Below, one piece after another: positions 16,659 through 18,284 of a DNA stretch of 18,284 bases. Each line of letters opens with the position of its first letter. Position 1 is the first letter of the stretch. A model generated the notes under the pieces. It was given only the letters and a program-made list of their open reading frames with translations. It was not told where the DNA came from and did not search any database. This DNA comes from Aulosira sp. ZfuVER01 (GTDB lineage: Bacteria; Cyanobacteriota; Cyanobacteriia; Cyanobacteriales; Nostocaceae): positions 1 through 18,284 of the forward strand of contig JAVRCV020000017.1 in assembly GCA_034530615.2 (NCBI GenBank), read 5' to 3'. The position numbers and the translations under genes were made by a program.

Positions 16659-18053
16659 GTGCTTACTAGAATAATGGGATCTCAAACTTTCGATTTCTTG
16701 ACTGAAAGCTTTTTATTCCGTGATGATTTTATCAAGAAACGCTTTAGAACAGTTTCTGATAGGGAGATATTAAACGAACTGAATGACTACAGAGAGTTTT
16801 GTTTAGCTAGAAAATCCCAAATTGAAGAAGAAGTTGTAACAAACACATCTAATTTAAATATGCTTTCAGGGCTTGAAATGCCTGATTTGAGTTTGTTAAA
16901 ACAAAGTGCGTTTTATATAAATCAATACTTAATCAATGATCCTATTTTCTCTCTAAGTTATAGAGGAAACGAATTCAGTAAAGCATGGAATACTTCTTTG
17001 GGAATTATCGAAGAACCTGTAGATAGGAATAAACTTTCACAAGTAGTAAGTTATGTTAAGAAACTTACTCCAATGGTTGCTGCTGACTACGTGAAGTTAT
17101 TGCCTATTGATAATTTTTTAGAGCCGCCGGAACAATTACCTATTCTTTATTCAGAAAATTTATTCTCTGATGTTCTGCCTCAACATTTGCTTGATTTTTT
17201 CTATAAAAATACTACTATAAAATCTTTAGAGCGTTTACCCGATAATCCACAAGCGTTTCGCTTGAATGAATTGCAAGCATGTAGAGAAATTCTTATACAA
17301 TTCAACAAGCATACAGATAGAAGTTATGGATATATTTTGTATGAAACCCACTTTGATATTTTAGATAAGGAAGAGAGGAAATTTCAAGCTGCAATGCGTC
17401 TGCCAGATGAGCTACCAGACATAGATTCTTTTACAAATTGGGTAAATCAGTCTTTTTATATGTCGTGTAAGCAAATCTACGATGAGGTTATTTGGAAAAA
17501 TCTGATTGCTACTCGCTATAGAGCTTCCTATTTATCTGAGTCACAATTTGTATTTGATATGCTTCATCAGTTATTCTCACCACAAACTGATATTTCAATA
17601 AATACATATAATGTCTTATTAAAAATAAAACTGCCATTTTTAGAAAATATTGATATTGCGAATTTAATGAAAATTCGCATGAATTATGGTGAGGAATTTC
17701 AAAATTTCCGTATAAATTTAGACAAGCAATTTAGAGATTTAAGATTAGTAAAAGATCCGGAGGAGTTAAAAATCAAAGCCCAGAATGCTCTTCATGAATT
17801 AACTGAAGTACAACTTCACACAATTAATCATAAAGTAAGTCAATTAAGAAAAACAAGTTTATTTTATGATGGACTTATCCTGTCAGCTAGCTTAGTAACT
17901 GCTATTCAAACTGGTGATTGGAATATGGCAGGATTATCTGCAATTATTGCCACAACATTAAGAAGTTATAAACCTTTTATAGACTATTCAAATCAGATTA
18001 AACAAAATCCAGCATTCTTTCTTTGGAAGGTTTTAAAAAAGTCATCAAAATAG
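16659..18053 (+). CDS. Hypothetical protein with a C-terminal hydrophobic hairpin
   Basis: 464-aa open frame in AT-rich DNA (GTG 16659 or ATG 16674). No motif I recognise. Confidence 0.8.
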   Translation: MLTRIMGSQTFDFLTESFLFRDDFIKKRFRTVSDREILNELNDYREFCLARKSQIEEEVVTNTSNLNMLSGLEMPDLSLLKQSAFYINQYLINDPIFSLSYRGNEFSKAWNTSLGIIEEPVDRNKLSQVVSYVKKLTPMVAADYVKLLPIDNFLEPPEQLPILYSENLFSDVLPQHLLDFFYKNTTIKSLERLPDNPQAFRLNELQACREILIQFNKHTDRSYGYILYETHFDILDKEERKFQAAMRLPDELPDIDSFTNWVNQSFYMSCKQIYDEVIWKNLIATRYRASYLSESQFVFDMLHQLFSPQTDISINTYNVLLKIKLPFLENIDIANLMKIRMNYGEEFQNFRINLDKQFRDLRLVKDPEELKIKAQNALHELTEVQLHTINHKVSQLRKTSLFYDGLILSASLVTAIQTGDWNMAGLSAIIATTLRSYKPFIDYSNQIKQNPAFFLWKVLKKSSK

Positions 18054-18233
18054 TCAGTGTAGCAATCTTAATTTAGACTTCAGTGACTTGTAAGATCTTA
18101 TTTATTCATTTTTCCTCAAGCACTTTTACCGCGATGTTCTGTTTTAAGACAACGCGATCGCTTTTACAGAGCTTTTCATTTGCATGAAATACACGCTTTG
18201 AACATCAAATTATCATAAGGGCACAACATTGTT

Positions 18234-18284
18234 CATTGGTGTCAACTTAAGCTGGAAGGAAGCATAAGATGTAATCTAAGAACA
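18234..18284 (+). mobile_element. End of the same repeated element as at 1-46, in opposite orientation
   Basis: Exact inverted copy. The junction interrupts the REP-like ATAAGGGCACAACATTGTT|. Confidence 0.65.

Larger units (their letters stand above)
98..18161. repeat. HIP1 octamers (GCGATCGC), dispersed
   Basis: Seen at 98, 9293, 12841, 13707, 13771, 15067, 15251, 15799, 16538 and 18154 (manual scan). Confidence 0.9.

Noticed and set aside
1..18284. Single 18-kb transposon with 47-bp terminal repeats
   Set aside because: The repeats continue outward past the window and their inner edges abut host REP-like targets. They are better read as ends of two external elements, and no transposase lies inside.

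Overview
AT-rich cyanobacterial DNA (10 HIP1 GCGATCGC sites counted by eye; the repeats look Nostocales-like) carrying an apparently complete RiPP/lanthipeptide gene cluster. The + strand encodes an APH-like kinase (LanK/LxmK type), a HopA1-like phospho-lyase (LanY type), a 1101-aa LanM and two double-glycine precursor peptides with near-identical leaders and unrelated Cys/Ser/Thr cores. A convergent - strand operon encodes an IS630-like HTH protein, a C39-peptidase ABC exporter, HlyD and a PpiC-type PPIase. An ABC-2 exporter trio and an orphan gene follow. Main observation: the LanM dehydratase domain has four substitutions at normally conserved catalytic positions, while its CCG-type cyclase looks intact, and it sits directly behind a class V-type kinase/lyase pair. 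This suggests a hybrid class II/V lanthipeptide system with dehydration supplied in trans. Both window ends are the same end of a repeated element, in inverted orientation, each joined at the equivalent position of a REP-like palindrome. Several MITE-like elements occupy the intergenic spacers.
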